NCBI GenBank assembly: GCA_963663965.2
Contig: CAXXFK010000011.1
Span: 32,001 to 96,000, forward strand
From: Sedimentisphaerales bacterium
Lineage (GTDB): Bacteria; Planctomycetota; Phycisphaerae; Sedimentisphaerales; SM23-30
Length of the DNA: 64,000 nucleotides
Direction of reading: 5' to 3'
Program-made: the position numbers and the translations under genes
Notes under the pieces: model-generated
What the model saw: only the letters and a program-made list of their open reading frames with translations
Database searches by the model: none
Told to the model about the DNA's origin: nothing
In this document: in pieces, positions 1 to 10,716 of the stretch
Layout of the letters: every line of letters starts with the position of its first letter
How positions within the stretch are numbered: position 1 is the stretch's first letter

Positions 1-695
1 GACTCATAACCTTTGATCGCGATCTGACCGCCGACGTCAGTGCTTTTTTCAATATTTTAACCGGTTACTCTGAAATAATCGGATGGAATTCCCTCACAAT
101 TGCCCCCACCGATATGCGTCGCCGGTTTCTGGAACTGATCGATCGGGAAATTCAAACCCATGCAGAGGATAATCCCGGTTTAATTATCGCCAAATGTAAT
201 TCGCTGCAAGATCCGGAGATCATCAAAGCCCTGTACCGGGCCAGTTGTGCGGGAGTCAGAATTCAATTGAATGTGCGGGGTATCTGCTGTTTGAGACCCG
301 GTATCAAAAAATTATCGGAAAACATTGCGGTAACTTCGATCATCGATCGCTATCTGGAACATGCCCGGATTTACTATTTCCGCAACGGCGGCCATGAAGA
401 ATATTATTTAAGCAGCGCCGACTGGATGACACGAAATCTTGATAAACGCATGGAATTACTCTTTCCTATCCGAAAAGATCATCTTAAAAAACGAATTTCA
501 CGAATTCTATCAATTTATTTTCAGGACAATACCAAAGCATTCACGATGATGCCCGATGGCACTTTTCTAAAAAAAGGTTCACATAACCCGCCATGCAGGG
601 CACAGGAACTCTTTTATACCAATGCCGTTGAAACAGCCAGAAAAATGCCGGGAAAAACAGAATCATTTCGGCCAATAAAGAATCCGGATGCCTGA
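1..695 (+). CDS. ppk1: Polyphosphate kinase 1, C-terminal part (5' end outside window)
   Basis: Frame is open from base 3. Motifs IIAKCNSL, VRGICCLRPG, SIIDRYLEHARIYYF and SSADWMTRNLDKRME are typical of the PPK1 C-terminal PLD-like domains. Confidence 0.95.
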   Translation, partial: LITFDRDLTADVSAFFNILTGYSEIIGWNSLTIAPTDMRRRFLELIDREIQTHAEDNPGLIIAKCNSLQDPEIIKALYRASCAGVRIQLNVRGICCLRPGIKKLSENIAVTSIIDRYLEHARIYYFRNGGHEEYYLSSADWMTRNLDKRMELLFPIRKDHLKKRISRILSIYFQDNTKAFTMMPDGTFLKKGSHNPPCRAQELFYTNAVETARKMPGKTESFRPIKNPDA

Positions 696-851
696 TATAT
701 TTTAATTGAATAATAGTTCCTGCCAGACTATGTTTTATGCCTGAATCGATACCCTGATTGCTAAAATATAATTTAACATAGTCAATCAAAAGGCATTAAC
801 TGTATATCAAGACCAATATACATATAACTACTTAATTTACGGAGTGTTACA

Positions 852-2027
852 GTGAGCAAGGTACTAATTGTAGGAGCGGGTGGCGTGGGAAACGTGGTCG
901 TCAACAAATGCGCGCAACTCCCCGATATTTTCACTGAGATCGTCTTAGCCAGCCGTACCAAAGAAAAATGTGATCAGATTGCGGCGAATTTATCTCGCCC
1001 CATCGAAACGGCTCAGGTCGATGCGGATAACGTGGCTGAAATGGCGGCTCTTATCAAAAAAGTCAAACCCGATCTGGTCATCAATGTGGCGTTACCTTAT
1101 CAAGATCTGCCTATCATGGATGCCTGCCTGGAAACCGGGGTAGACTACCTGGATACTGCCAATTACGAACCCAAGGACGAAGCAAAATTCGAATACAAAT
1201 GGCAATGGGCCTACCAGGATCGTTTTAAAGACAAGAGTATCATGGCATTACTGGGCAGTGGTTTTGATCCTGGTGTTACCAATGTTTACTGTGCCTACGC
1301 TCTGAAACATTATTTTGATGAAATTCATTATGTCGACATCGTCGATTGCAATGCCGGCGATCACGGTCACCCTTTTGCCACCAATTTCAATCCGGAAATC
1401 AATATCCGTGAAATCACCCAGAACGGCAAATACTGGGAAGAGGGCCAATGGATTGAAATACCCGCAATGAGTGTTTCCCAGGATATCGACTTCCCTGAAG
1501 TCGGCATTAAAAAGGGCTATCTGCTCTATCATGAAGAACTCGAATCGCTGGTCAAGCATATTAAAGGCCTCAAACGCATCCGCTTTTGGATGACCTTTGG
1601 CGAACAATATATTAACCACCTGCGCGTGTTACAGAATGTAGGGATGACCAGTATAGAACCGGTTGATTTTGAAGGCCGCAAGATCATCCCCTTGCAGTTT
1701 CTCAAGGCCGTCCTGCCGGATCCTGGGTCACTGGGTGTTAACTATAAAGGAAAAACCTGTATCGGATGTATCATGGAAGGGATCAAAGATGGAAAACCCA
1801 GGGAAATAATGATTTATAACGTCTGCGACCACGCCGAATGTTACCGTGAAGTCAAGGCGCAGGCTGTTTCCTATACAACCGGCGTCCCGGCCATGATTGG
1901 CGCCAAGATGATGCTCACCGGCCAGTGGCATCAACCCGGGGTATTTAATATGGAACAATTCGATCCCGATCCCTTTATGGCTGACCTGAACCAGTATGGA
2001 CTACCCTGGAAAGTGATCGAGATGTAA
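852..2027 (+). CDS. Saccharopine dehydrogenase family protein, probable carboxy(nor)spermidine dehydrogenase
   Basis: GAGGVG Rossmann motif, DYLDTANYEP, GFDPGVTN, FATNFNPEINIRE. Lies upstream of nspC. GGAG RBS before the GTG start. Confidence 0.9.
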   Translation: MSKVLIVGAGGVGNVVVNKCAQLPDIFTEIVLASRTKEKCDQIAANLSRPIETAQVDADNVAEMAALIKKVKPDLVINVALPYQDLPIMDACLETGVDYLDTANYEPKDEAKFEYKWQWAYQDRFKDKSIMALLGSGFDPGVTNVYCAYALKHYFDEIHYVDIVDCNAGDHGHPFATNFNPEINIREITQNGKYWEEGQWIEIPAMSVSQDIDFPEVGIKKGYLLYHEELESLVKHIKGLKRIRFWMTFGEQYINHLRVLQNVGMTSIEPVDFEGRKIIPLQFLKAVLPDPGSLGVNYKGKTCIGCIMEGIKDGKPREIMIYNVCDHAECYREVKAQAVSYTTGVPAMIGAKMMLTGQWHQPGVFNMEQFDPDPFMADLNQYGLPWKVIEM

Positions 2028-2082
2028 CTTTCTTCACCCAATGCTCTATCCCTAACATGAATAGCTTAAATAAGGAATTATT

Positions 2083-2385
2083 ATGATTATCATCGCTGCT
2101 ACGCTTGAAGCCAGACCGGGCCAGGAAGCGCCATTACAAGCCGCTTTGGAAGCTATGGTCCCCAAAGTCAAAACCGAATCCGGAGCCCTGACCTATACCC
2201 TGCATCGCGTCCAGGATAACCCGGCAAAATTCTTTTTCTATGAATGCTATACTGACCAGAATGCGGTCGATATCCATTGTTCCACCCCTTATTTCAAACA
2301 ACTTTTTGAAACGATAGAGCCGATGCTGGCCAGTGAACCTCAAGTCGAATTCTATGAAAAAATCGTCAGCCTGGAAGATTGCTGA
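2083..2385 (+). CDS. Antibiotic biosynthesis monooxygenase (ABM)-family / putative quinol monooxygenase
   Basis: 100 aa with E-x-G-x-L-x-Y-x-L-H, FFFYE-x-Y and H-x-x-TPYF patterns. AAGGA RBS. Confidence 0.8.
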   Translation: MIIIAATLEARPGQEAPLQAALEAMVPKVKTESGALTYTLHRVQDNPAKFFFYECYTDQNAVDIHCSTPYFKQLFETIEPMLASEPQVEFYEKIVSLEDC

Positions 2386-3644
2386 ACTGTTCGTTTTTCT
2401 CAAATAGTGTCATAAAACCGAATTCACCTGAAATAATGCACGATCCATCCAATTTGAACATCACTTTCGGCCAGAAATCCCAAATCAATCCAGACTGGGA
2501 TTTATCCACGCTCAGAACCCCCTGTTATCTGATCGATCGCGAATTACTCGCCAGGAACCTGCAAATTCTGAACCGGGTACAGCAACAGACCGGCTGCAAG
2601 ATCCTCCTTGCTTTGAAAGGCTTTGCCTGTTGGAGTGTCTTCGACCAGTGCAGCCGGATATTGAAAGGTGTTACCTGCAGTGCTTTACACGAAGCCAGGC
2701 TGGGCCGTGAATATTTTCCGGGTGAAGTCCATCTCTGTGCACCGGCCTGGCGTCCGGACGAAATGTCAGCACTCCTTGATCTCGCTGACCATATTGTCTT
2801 CAACTCCTTTAGCCAATGGCAATATTTTCGCCAACAGGTCCTGGATTACAACCAGTCCTCAAACAAACCAGTTGAATGCGGCCTGCGAGTCAACCCCCGT
2901 CACAGCGAAGTGGATACGCCCATTTATGATCCCTGCAGCCCCGGTTCCCGCCTGGGAATCACACCCGAAAATTTCCAGCCGGACCAGCTCACCGGTATCG
3001 ACGGCCTCCATTTCCACACCCTCTGTGAACTCAATGCCGACTCTCTCCAGCGCACCCTGCCTGCTTTTGAAAAACACTTTGGCCAGTTTATTCCCAAAAT
3101 GAAATGGATCAATTTTGGCGGCGGTCATCATATCACCCGCGCCGATTATGATATCGATCTGCTCTGCCAACTCATTACCGACTTTCGTCATCGTTACAAC
3201 AAGATTACCGTCTATCTCGAACCCGGTGAGGCCATCGCCCTGAATACCGGTTTCCTGATTGCGTCCGTTCTCGATATCATTCATAACGACCTGGATATCG
3301 CCATTCTCGACACCTCCGCCTCGGCCCATATGCCCGACGTTCTCGAAATGCCCTATCGCCCCCACATCGAATCCGGCGATCTACCCGGCAAACGCTCTCA
3401 CACCTACCGCCTGGCCGGCCCCACCTGTCTGGCCGGCGATATCATCGGCGACTACTCCTTCGATGCCCCTCTGAAAATCGGTGATAAACTTATTTTCCAC
3501 GACATGGCCCATTATACCATGGTCAAGAACACCATGTTTAATGGCATCAACCTGCCCGATATCGCCCTTTACAACCCGGCGGACAAACAAATCACCCTCC
3601 AGCGCCGCTTCGGATACGAAGACTTTAAAAACCGCCTTTCCTGA
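2379..3644 (+). CDS. nspC: Carboxynorspermidine decarboxylase (true start probably somewhat downstream)
   Basis: TPCY, ILLALKGF (PLP Lys), GLRVNP, YDPCSPGSRLG, GLHFH, GGGHHIT, EPGEA, HMPDVLEMPYRP, CLAGD, HYTMVKNTMFNG. Confidence 0.95.
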   Translation: MLNCSFFSNSVIKPNSPEIMHDPSNLNITFGQKSQINPDWDLSTLRTPCYLIDRELLARNLQILNRVQQQTGCKILLALKGFACWSVFDQCSRILKGVTCSALHEARLGREYFPGEVHLCAPAWRPDEMSALLDLADHIVFNSFSQWQYFRQQVLDYNQSSNKPVECGLRVNPRHSEVDTPIYDPCSPGSRLGITPENFQPDQLTGIDGLHFHTLCELNADSLQRTLPAFEKHFGQFIPKMKWINFGGGHHITRADYDIDLLCQLITDFRHRYNKITVYLEPGEAIALNTGFLIASVLDIIHNDLDIAILDTSASAHMPDVLEMPYRPHIESGDLPGKRSHTYRLAGPTCLAGDIIGDYSFDAPLKIGDKLIFHDMAHYTMVKNTMFNGINLPDIALYNPADKQITLQRRFGYEDFKNRLS

Positions 3645-3671
3645 TCTGTTCCCTGGTTGCTACCCACCAGC

Positions 3672-4877
3672 CTACAACTCCCCAAATAAACTCGACTCAA
3701 CTCCCACTGGCTCCCTGGCCGGTAGTGTCAGATAAGCTCCTGCCACGCCAGTCCGCACCCCCAGCTGCTTTAAATCCGCCAGTGAACGAAACTTGCTTTC
3801 CTTGCGATATTTCAAAATCCTTCTGACCGAACGCGGTCCGATACCCGGCACCCGCAACAACAGCCAGCGGTCGGCGCGATTGATATCCACCGGAAACAAA
3901 TGGGGATGATGATCCGCCCAGATCTGCTTGGGATCACGTTTCAGATCAAGCTGTCCTTCTCCATTTAAAGCAATATCTCCCAACTCGAATCCATATTGCC
4001 TGAACAGAAAATCAACCTGATAAAGACGATGCTCGCGCATAAATGGCTCGGTTTTCTCTCGGACGCCTTTTGCCATAACAATATCATCCTGGAATAATGT
4101 GCTGCTGCACATGTCTCGTCGATCCGGGGATTGATAGGCGGAAAAATAGACCCGCTCCAGTTGAATTTTTTCATACAGCCGATGCGTCGCCAACACAATC
4201 TCCCGATCGGTCTCTCCCGCTGCCCCCACGACAAACTGGGTCGTCATATGACATTGCGGTCGATATTGCAACCGCGCTTCTCGAATGGCTTTCATGGTGT
4301 CGATAATATCTTCATGAAACCGTTTCCGCTGGCTCAATCTCGCCATCCGCTGCGCGGTCGGCGCTTCAATATTCACCGAGACCCGCGTGGCAACCTTGAC
4401 GGCCTGTTCGATAGCTTCCCGGCTGGCGCCCGGAATGACCTTCAGGTGGATGAACCCCTTAAACGCGTAGCGCCGGCGGACCAGTTCAACCGTCGCCAGC
4501 ATTTTCTCCATGGTCTGATCGGGTGTTCCGGTCACTCCGGATGACAGAAACAAGCCCTCCACCAGACGAGCCTGATAAAGCTGATCGAACACCCCGGCCA
4601 GTTGATCGGGACTCAGCGTGCACCGGTTCATATCCCGATACTGATTGAATGGACAATACGAACAGTCATTGACACATTGATTCGATTGCAGCGTCTTTAA
4701 TAAAAAGACCCTCCGGCCATCTGGAAGCGCCGCCGGATAGATCCACTGCCCTTCGATCCCGCGCCGGCGGCCGGGCTCTTCCGCCCGTTTACAGGCGCAA
4801 GACAAATCGAACTTACTCGATTCCGCCAATACATCCAGTTTTTGCCGCGCATCCATTCCGGCACCTGTGTTGTTCAT
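3672..4877 (-). CDS. Putative DNA modification/repair radical SAM protein with C-terminal helix-hairpin-helix (start may be 4853)
   Basis: CVNDCSYC motif, GLFLSSGV, IHLKVIPGA, REHRLYQVDFL and VDINRAD...LLRVPGIG (HhH). Confidence 0.85.
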   Translation of the reverse strand: MNNTGAGMDARQKLDVLAESSKFDLSCACKRAEEPGRRRGIEGQWIYPAALPDGRRVFLLKTLQSNQCVNDCSYCPFNQYRDMNRCTLSPDQLAGVFDQLYQARLVEGLFLSSGVTGTPDQTMEKMLATVELVRRRYAFKGFIHLKVIPGASREAIEQAVKVATRVSVNIEAPTAQRMARLSQRKRFHEDIIDTMKAIREARLQYRPQCHMTTQFVVGAAGETDREIVLATHRLYEKIQLERVYFSAYQSPDRRDMCSSTLFQDDIVMAKGVREKTEPFMREHRLYQVDFLFRQYGFELGDIALNGEGQLDLKRDPKQIWADHHPHLFPVDINRADRWLLLRVPGIGPRSVRRILKYRKESKFRSLADLKQLGVRTGVAGAYLTLPAREPVGVESSLFGEL

Positions 4878-4886
4878 CCTGTAAGG

Positions 4887-4985
4887 TTATTATCAATCGA
4901 AAATGTCCGCATGGCTGTGAATGGCGTTTTTTTAAAATATAACGCCACTGGCGAGCGATTGGATATTTCCATACCCGAGGGGTAT
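4887..4985. repeat. Diverged copy A of a ~105-bp ERIC-like hairpin element
   Basis: GAAAATGTCCG...GCGAGCGATTGGATATTTCC-ATACCC-gag-GGGTAT aligns by eye with the copies at 17335, 50869 and 62027. Confidence 0.7.
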
Positions 4986-4988
4986 CGA

Positions 4989-7900
4989 TCAGGCCACCGC
5001 CCCTTCCGGTTCAGGATTATCTTCTTCGCCGGAGAATTTGACGGATACCTTCTTGCTCACACCGCGTTCCTGCATGGTAATACCGTATATCACATCGGCA
5101 ATACTCATGGTACGCCGCGCGTGGGTAATAATCACAAATTGCGATTCATTCAGGAACTCTTTCACTACCATATTAAACCGTTCGATATTCGCCTCATCCA
5201 ACGCCGCGTCCACCTCATCCAACAGACAGAACGGACTCGGCTTGCTGCGGAATATCGCCATCAGCAGCGCCACTGCCGCCATGGTTTTCTCGCCGCCGCT
5301 CATCAGCGTAATGCTCTGCAACTGTTTGCCGGGCGGTCGCGCGATAATATCAATCCCGCATTCCAGAATATTCTCCGGATCCTGCAGGATAATATCCGCC
5401 TTACCCCCTCCAAATAATTTCCGGAACAACTCCGCAAAATTCTCCCGGATCGCCTCAAAGTTCTTACGGAAGATCTCGGTACTCTCCACATTAATCTTCT
5501 CGATCAGCTGCTCCAGCTGCTTGCGCGATTCCGTCAGATCGTTAAACTGTCCGGTCAGATATTCAAACCGTTCTTCCAGCTCCTCCTGTTCGGCAATCGC
5601 GTCCAGGTTGATATTGCCCAGCCGGTGAATCTTGTCTTTAAGATCCTTGATCTCCGCGGCCACGGCCTCCCAGTCCATTTCCTGGATTTCGTGTTCCTGA
5701 ATCTTCTCTTCCAGATTGATTGCCAATTCTTCGTTGGCGCGTTGCAGCAAACTCTCCGTTCGCAAATTGGCCTCGTTGTATTTCATCTGCAATTCATGCA
5801 AACGGTTCTGCTTTTCTTCGCGCAAACGATTCTGGGCGCGACAGGCCTCTTCCAGAGCCGCTTTTTCGCCAGTCAATTCTTCCTGACGCTGGCGCACGGT
5901 TCGCAGTTGCTCCTGACCTTGCTGACGCTCCATAAACAACTCGGCAATCCGGCTCTCGGCCTGCAATATGGTGCGTTGTGTCTGCACCAGGTTCTCACCT
6001 GCCGTATCCAGATCATGCTGCATACTCGAAATATTATGACGATACTGCTGCATCTGGGATCGGATCGTTGCCAATTGCTCACGCGTACCCAGTGTTTTCT
6101 GCTGGATCTGGCCAAGAGTCACTTTCAAATTGGTGATGCTATTGATCGCGTCTTGATCCTGATTTTCCAGAACGGCTATCTGTTCCTCCAGAAAATCGAT
6201 ATGCTCCTGACGCTGACGGTTGATTTCCTGCAATTCATCCAGGTCTCGCTTACTGGTGGCTTGGTTTTCCATCGCTTCGGTGATTTGCTGTTCGATCATG
6301 GACACTTCCGAAGCAATCAATGGTTCTTCCTGTTTGAGACGGTCAGTATTCTGATCGATCTGTTCGATCCGTCCCCGGGTCTCCACTTCCTCGGCCCGTG
6401 CTTCATAGATCGCTGTTCGCAACTCCTGCAGATTCCTTTCCAGATGCTGGGCCTGGCTGGCAAACTGCTCCGATTGACGCACCAGTTCCTCGATCCGTTC
6501 CTCCACTTCCTTGATACCCGACTTCAGTTCTCTTAATTCGCTTTTACGCGAAATCAGACCGGCCTGCCCCGTATTCGGCCCCACATGCAAAACACCCGCC
6601 GCCTCCAAAACCTGGCCATCCATCGTGACAAACCGGTAACCGGCCGGAACAAGATTGGCCACCTCAAAAGCAGCCGCAAGATTGTCTACCAGCAAGGTCT
6701 TGCCTAACAACTGGCCTGCCAGTTTTTCGCAATCGTGCGAGGCGCTGACCAGATCGGATAACCTTGCCCTCACCTGAGACAACCCCGAACAATCGAACGG
6801 CTCATCGGCAGTATTGATCCGATCCAGGCATATCATTCGAACCCGTCCCTTAAGCTCCTCATAATGGGCCGCGTGATTCAGAAGCGCCTGACTGTCCGAC
6901 ACCACCAGATATTGCGATACATTATCCAGCGCGGCTTCGACCAGCGCGGCATGTTGCACATCGGCCCGGATCAATTCCGCCACAATCCCCCGAATATAAT
7001 AATAATCGTCCGGGGCTTTTTTCCGCTCCTGCAAGATCTGCCGGACGCCCTGATCGATGCCTTCAAAACGCGATTCCATGTCCGACAACACTTGCTGCCT
7101 TGACAGCAAACCGCTGCGGTACTCCCGGGCCGTTGACAGGTTTTCTGAACATTGCAACCGTTCTTCACTGATCCGGGCCAGTTGCTCCCGCTTGGTCTCC
7201 AGCTGCTGTTGCGATTCGCCTTGCAGTTTCTGGATGGCGCCCAGTTTCTCTTCATATTGAGCCCGGCGTGTCAGCAACTCCCCCACTTCCTTGCGGATCT
7301 GATCCGACCGGTCATTTAACCGGTCTTTCTGACCCGATAGATTGTCCTGACGCATCGTTAGCGATTCTATCTCGTTATGCAGCCGCGCGGTTCGACGCAC
7401 GATATCGAACAATCCGGTTTTCTCATCATCCAGTTGGGCCCGATACTCATTCAGTTCCAGAATCGTTTGCTGCCGTTCCTGTTGGGCCGTTTCCAGCTCA
7501 CTCCGCCGTTGTTCCACCTCTCCATCTGAAGCGGCCAGTTCCTGTTCACAATGGCGGATCTGTTCTTCAAGCCCCTGGCACTGCTGACGCATCTCCATAA
7601 TCTGCTGACGATTACGCGTGATCATCCCCTGCAACTCTTCGCAACGGGTATGACCAAAATCGATCCGATCCTGCTGAGAACCGATCTGGCTGGTATACTG
7701 CAATAATTGATTCTCAATCTGCCGCAATTCCCGATCCACTTGATCCACCTGATCGGTCAGGATACTCAGCTGCGCTTGATTTCGCTCGTTTTCCGTGGTC
7801 AGGCCTACCAACTCATCCTGAACCACATCCATATCGTGCCGCTTCTCACGCGAATCAATCTGATACCGGTTATATTCTGACAGATATTGATTCAAACGTA

Positions 7901-8573
7901 ATTCATTCAAGCGTTGCGAATACGTCTGGTAGTTCCGCGCCTTACCGGCCTGCACCTTGATCGCTCTCAGCCGTTTTTCCACTTCAGCAATAATATCCTG
8001 CAATCGCAACAGGTTCTGTTCCGTTCGGTCCAGTTTCCTCAATGCTTCTTTCTTGCGCGCCTTGTATCGACTGATCCCTGCCGCTTCCTCAAAGATCGCC
8101 CGCCGTTCATCCGCGTTCGCTTGCAGCATGGTCGTCACTTTACCCTGCTCGATAATCGAATAGGTGTCCGCCCCCACACCCGTATCCATAAACAGTTCCC
8201 GAATGTCTTTCAAACGGCAAGTCTTTCCCCCCAGCATGTACTGGCTCTCACCGCTGCGAAATAGTTTGCGTGTTACCGACACCTCATTCATGTCCAGATT
8301 TAATAGCCGGCTGCTGTTGTCGAATACCAGCGTCACTTCGGCATAACCCATGCTTTTCCGGTTGCTGGTCCCGTTAAAAATCACATCCAGCATCTGGTTG
8401 CCGCGCAGGCTCTTGGCGCTCTGTTCGCCCAATACCCATTTCACCGCGTCCACAACGTTACTTTTACCGCAACCATTGGGTCCGACAATCACCGTCACAC
8501 CGTCGCCGAAATCAAATTCGGTTTTATCGGCGAAACTTTTAAATCCGCAAACAACGATCTTTCTTAATTTCAT
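4989..8573 (-). CDS. smc: Chromosome segregation protein SMC
   Basis: GFKSF, Walker A GPNGCGKSN, coiled coils with central hinge, signature MSGGEK, Walker B LLDEVDAALD. Confidence 0.98.
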   Translation of the reverse strand: MKLRKIVVCGFKSFADKTEFDFGDGVTVIVGPNGCGKSNVVDAVKWVLGEQSAKSLRGNQMLDVIFNGTSNRKSMGYAEVTLVFDNSSRLLNLDMNEVSVTRKLFRSGESQYMLGGKTCRLKDIRELFMDTGVGADTYSIIEQGKVTTMLQANADERRAIFEEAAGISRYKARKKEALRKLDRTEQNLLRLQDIIAEVEKRLRAIKVQAGKARNYQTYSQRLNELRLNQYLSEYNRYQIDSREKRHDMDVVQDELVGLTTENERNQAQLSILTDQVDQVDRELRQIENQLLQYTSQIGSQQDRIDFGHTRCEELQGMITRNRQQIMEMRQQCQGLEEQIRHCEQELAASDGEVEQRRSELETAQQERQQTILELNEYRAQLDDEKTGLFDIVRRTARLHNEIESLTMRQDNLSGQKDRLNDRSDQIRKEVGELLTRRAQYEEKLGAIQKLQGESQQQLETKREQLARISEERLQCSENLSTAREYRSGLLSRQQVLSDMESRFEGIDQGVRQILQERKKAPDDYYYIRGIVAELIRADVQHAALVEAALDNVSQYLVVSDSQALLNHAAHYEELKGRVRMICLDRINTADEPFDCSGLSQVRARLSDLVSASHDCEKLAGQLLGKTLLVDNLAAAFEVANLVPAGYRFVTMDGQVLEAAGVLHVGPNTGQAGLISRKSELRELKSGIKEVEERIEELVRQSEQFASQAQHLERNLQELRTAIYEARAEEVETRGRIEQIDQNTDRLKQEEPLIASEVSMIEQQITEAMENQATSKRDLDELQEINRQRQEHIDFLEEQIAVLENQDQDAINSITNLKVTLGQIQQKTLGTREQLATIRSQMQQYRHNISSMQHDLDTAGENLVQTQRTILQAESRIAELFMERQQGQEQLRTVRQRQEELTGEKAALEEACRAQNRLREEKQNRLHELQMKYNEANLRTESLLQRANEELAINLEEKIQEHEIQEMDWEAVAAEIKDLKDKIHRLGNINLDAIAEQEELEERFEYLTGQFNDLTESRKQLEQLIEKINVESTEIFRKNFEAIRENFAELFRKLFGGGKADIILQDPENILECGIDIIARPPGKQLQSITLMSGGEKTMAAVALLMAIFRSKPSPFCLLDEVDAALDEANIERFNMVVKEFLNESQFVIITHARRTMSIADVIYGITMQERGVSKKVSVKFSGEEDNPEPEGAVA

Positions 8574-8762
8574 ATGTGGTTAGTCCTCCGTGACTATATC
8601 TTTCTGACTCAAGTCAGTCTATATTTTATTTATCAATTCGATTTCTCATCCAGTGCCGAAAGACTGGGTCTATTACGAATACAATTTTACGTAAAATGGC
8701 AAAGAAATCTCAACAGGGCGACAAATACTACTGTGATCCTGTTTGGCTCCGGCACTGCCGGG

Positions 8763-10448
8763 TTAAGAGGTGGATTGTCCCTCGGTTGAAACCGTCTCGC
8801 CATGCTGGGTGTCCCGGGTATGCAAATGAAACTGAGCCGGGATAATCCCCTGCTCACTCAGATCTTTTAAAACCCCGGTAATCTGACTGAACGTCAATCC
8901 CGCCCCCGGATTACTTGGTTGTTCATAGGACCGCGCCAGGGACGTCACTAAACGGTCCACCACCATGGAGCAGGTGAACTGAACATGTTTTCCATCCCCC
9001 GGCAATATCCGGATAACGGTAATTTCAGAATCGTCCGGCCTGGCATTCAAGGTGAGCTGCTTTTCCGGCGTCTCATAAAAGACTTCCCGCCGGGCCACAA
9101 TATTCTTACCAAAAAGTATGATCCTGGGATCCACATCCGCCCAGACATAAATCATCGGCTGGCCAATCGTTTCCACCAACTCCAGTTTGAACCCTCCCGG
9201 CATATCATAAGTCCGGATCCGGGGGTCTTGAATCTTCCTCAACCCTTCATAAGCCAGCAGCCGAATCCGGGTGACCGGGTGATTCAACAATTCAATCAAA
9301 GCACGGTTCGCCCTCACTGTACTCGAATACTCGCCCAATTGTTCAATAGCATCCATTTGCCTGGGATGCTCGTCATTTAGCCCTATCTGAACCATCGTAT
9401 CAATCGCCCGGGTATCCCCTAGATTGAGCGCCGTTCGAGCGGCATAAAAAGACAACTCCGTTCCGGCATTCAGATAAAATGGTTCAACATGAACCAGGGC
9501 CTGCCGTCCGATCGCTTCCCATTCCAGGGCAATTTGTTCATAATCCGGATGCTCTTCCAGCGCCCGGTTACTTAACTCCTGCAACTTCTGCTTCTGAAAG
9601 ACAATATCATCCCGGAAATACAACGCCAGCAGCAACTTGAAGAAATGCTCATAATCATCATGATATTCCTCCGGCACCGAGATTTCGATTCGGCTGCGAT
9701 CCAGGGCGTCAGCGACTTTGCGAACCCCGCTCGAACCAAACCGGGTATCGATACGACGCTGTAAATGCTGCGCGACCCGATAATCCGGATCCATCAACGC
9801 CAATTGGATACGGCGATCTCGGATGGAGCGTCCACCTCCCAGCACCGTACCGGTCAATAAAATGTCGCTGCCTGATTTGTTTGCCCCTCCATTGAATGGA
9901 TCGGTAAAGACCGGCCCGATAGCGCGGGCGCTGATTGGACGGACAATGGGACCACTGTCTCCCAGTACCACTTCCTGCAAATCCGTAGGCATCAAATAAC
10001 CCCCTTGCAATGAAGTCGCCTGAGAGGACCAGGGAATCCGGATATTCACATTAAATATGCCACCTTTGGGGACTCCCGGCGGCACGTCACCACTGACCAG
10101 TACCGCGGCGGTATCCCGGCTGTCGATCAACCCTTCTGCGGTCATTTGACTGTACGGCGCGCTCATATATTTCTGGGCTTCTGTCCGCATAATCAAATCT
10201 AACAGGGTTGCCCGGATACTGGGCGGACATTCATCGGATCCAGTGCCATGCAAACCCCAAATCAGTGAATAGCCCTGCACTCGAACCGGCTGATAACCCA
10301 GTAACTCACAAAGATCTCCAATTGTCCGGTCTGTCACCTCTGCCGCTATCGGTTCCGTACTGATCGTCGGAGCCGGCTTACGCTTCCCACAACCATTTAA
10401 TAACAAAATCGAAGAGGAAATCAGCATTATGGTGACTAATTTTTGCAT
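8763..10448 (-). CDS. FlgI (P-ring)-like domain lipoprotein with HEAT-like repeats
   Basis: Lipobox LLNGC. VRVQGYSLIWGLHGTG, TAAVLVSG and ATSLQGGYLMPTDL resemble the FlgI N-terminus. Helical HEAT-like region follows (RIRLLAYEGL). Confidence 0.7.
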   Translation of the reverse strand: MQKLVTIMLISSSILLLNGCGKRKPAPTISTEPIAAEVTDRTIGDLCELLGYQPVRVQGYSLIWGLHGTGSDECPPSIRATLLDLIMRTEAQKYMSAPYSQMTAEGLIDSRDTAAVLVSGDVPPGVPKGGIFNVNIRIPWSSQATSLQGGYLMPTDLQEVVLGDSGPIVRPISARAIGPVFTDPFNGGANKSGSDILLTGTVLGGGRSIRDRRIQLALMDPDYRVAQHLQRRIDTRFGSSGVRKVADALDRSRIEISVPEEYHDDYEHFFKLLLALYFRDDIVFQKQKLQELSNRALEEHPDYEQIALEWEAIGRQALVHVEPFYLNAGTELSFYAARTALNLGDTRAIDTMVQIGLNDEHPRQMDAIEQLGEYSSTVRANRALIELLNHPVTRIRLLAYEGLRKIQDPRIRTYDMPGGFKLELVETIGQPMIYVWADVDPRIILFGKNIVARREVFYETPEKQLTLNARPDDSEITVIRILPGDGKHVQFTCSMVVDRLVTSLARSYEQPSNPGAGLTFSQITGVLKDLSEQGIIPAQFHLHTRDTQHGETVSTEGQSTS

Positions 10449-10716
10449 GGATGAGCCTTTACTAACTTGATGGACATGCACCATACAGCAATATTATCGG
10501 ACATTCGTATCAAAAATCTTTGAAATAAGCTCCAACGATTGGCTCGCAGGATAATCAGGCGTGAAATAAATTCTTACAGGTTTCTGAAAACAGAACCAAG
10601 TCATAATATAGGCTGATTACAACCGATATGCAAGGATATTCAGCTGTCTCAGGTGAATGATTCTCTAACAATGCCCTTATTACTGCCAGAATCTCTAAGA
10701 TTTCATAACTATCTAA

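Noticed and set aside
4971..4985. CsoR/RcnR-type operator (ATACCC-N3-GGGTAT), also at 17424, 50958 and 62116
   Set aside because: It always occurs as the terminal hairpin of the larger 105-bp repeat and next to genes unrelated to metal homeostasis.
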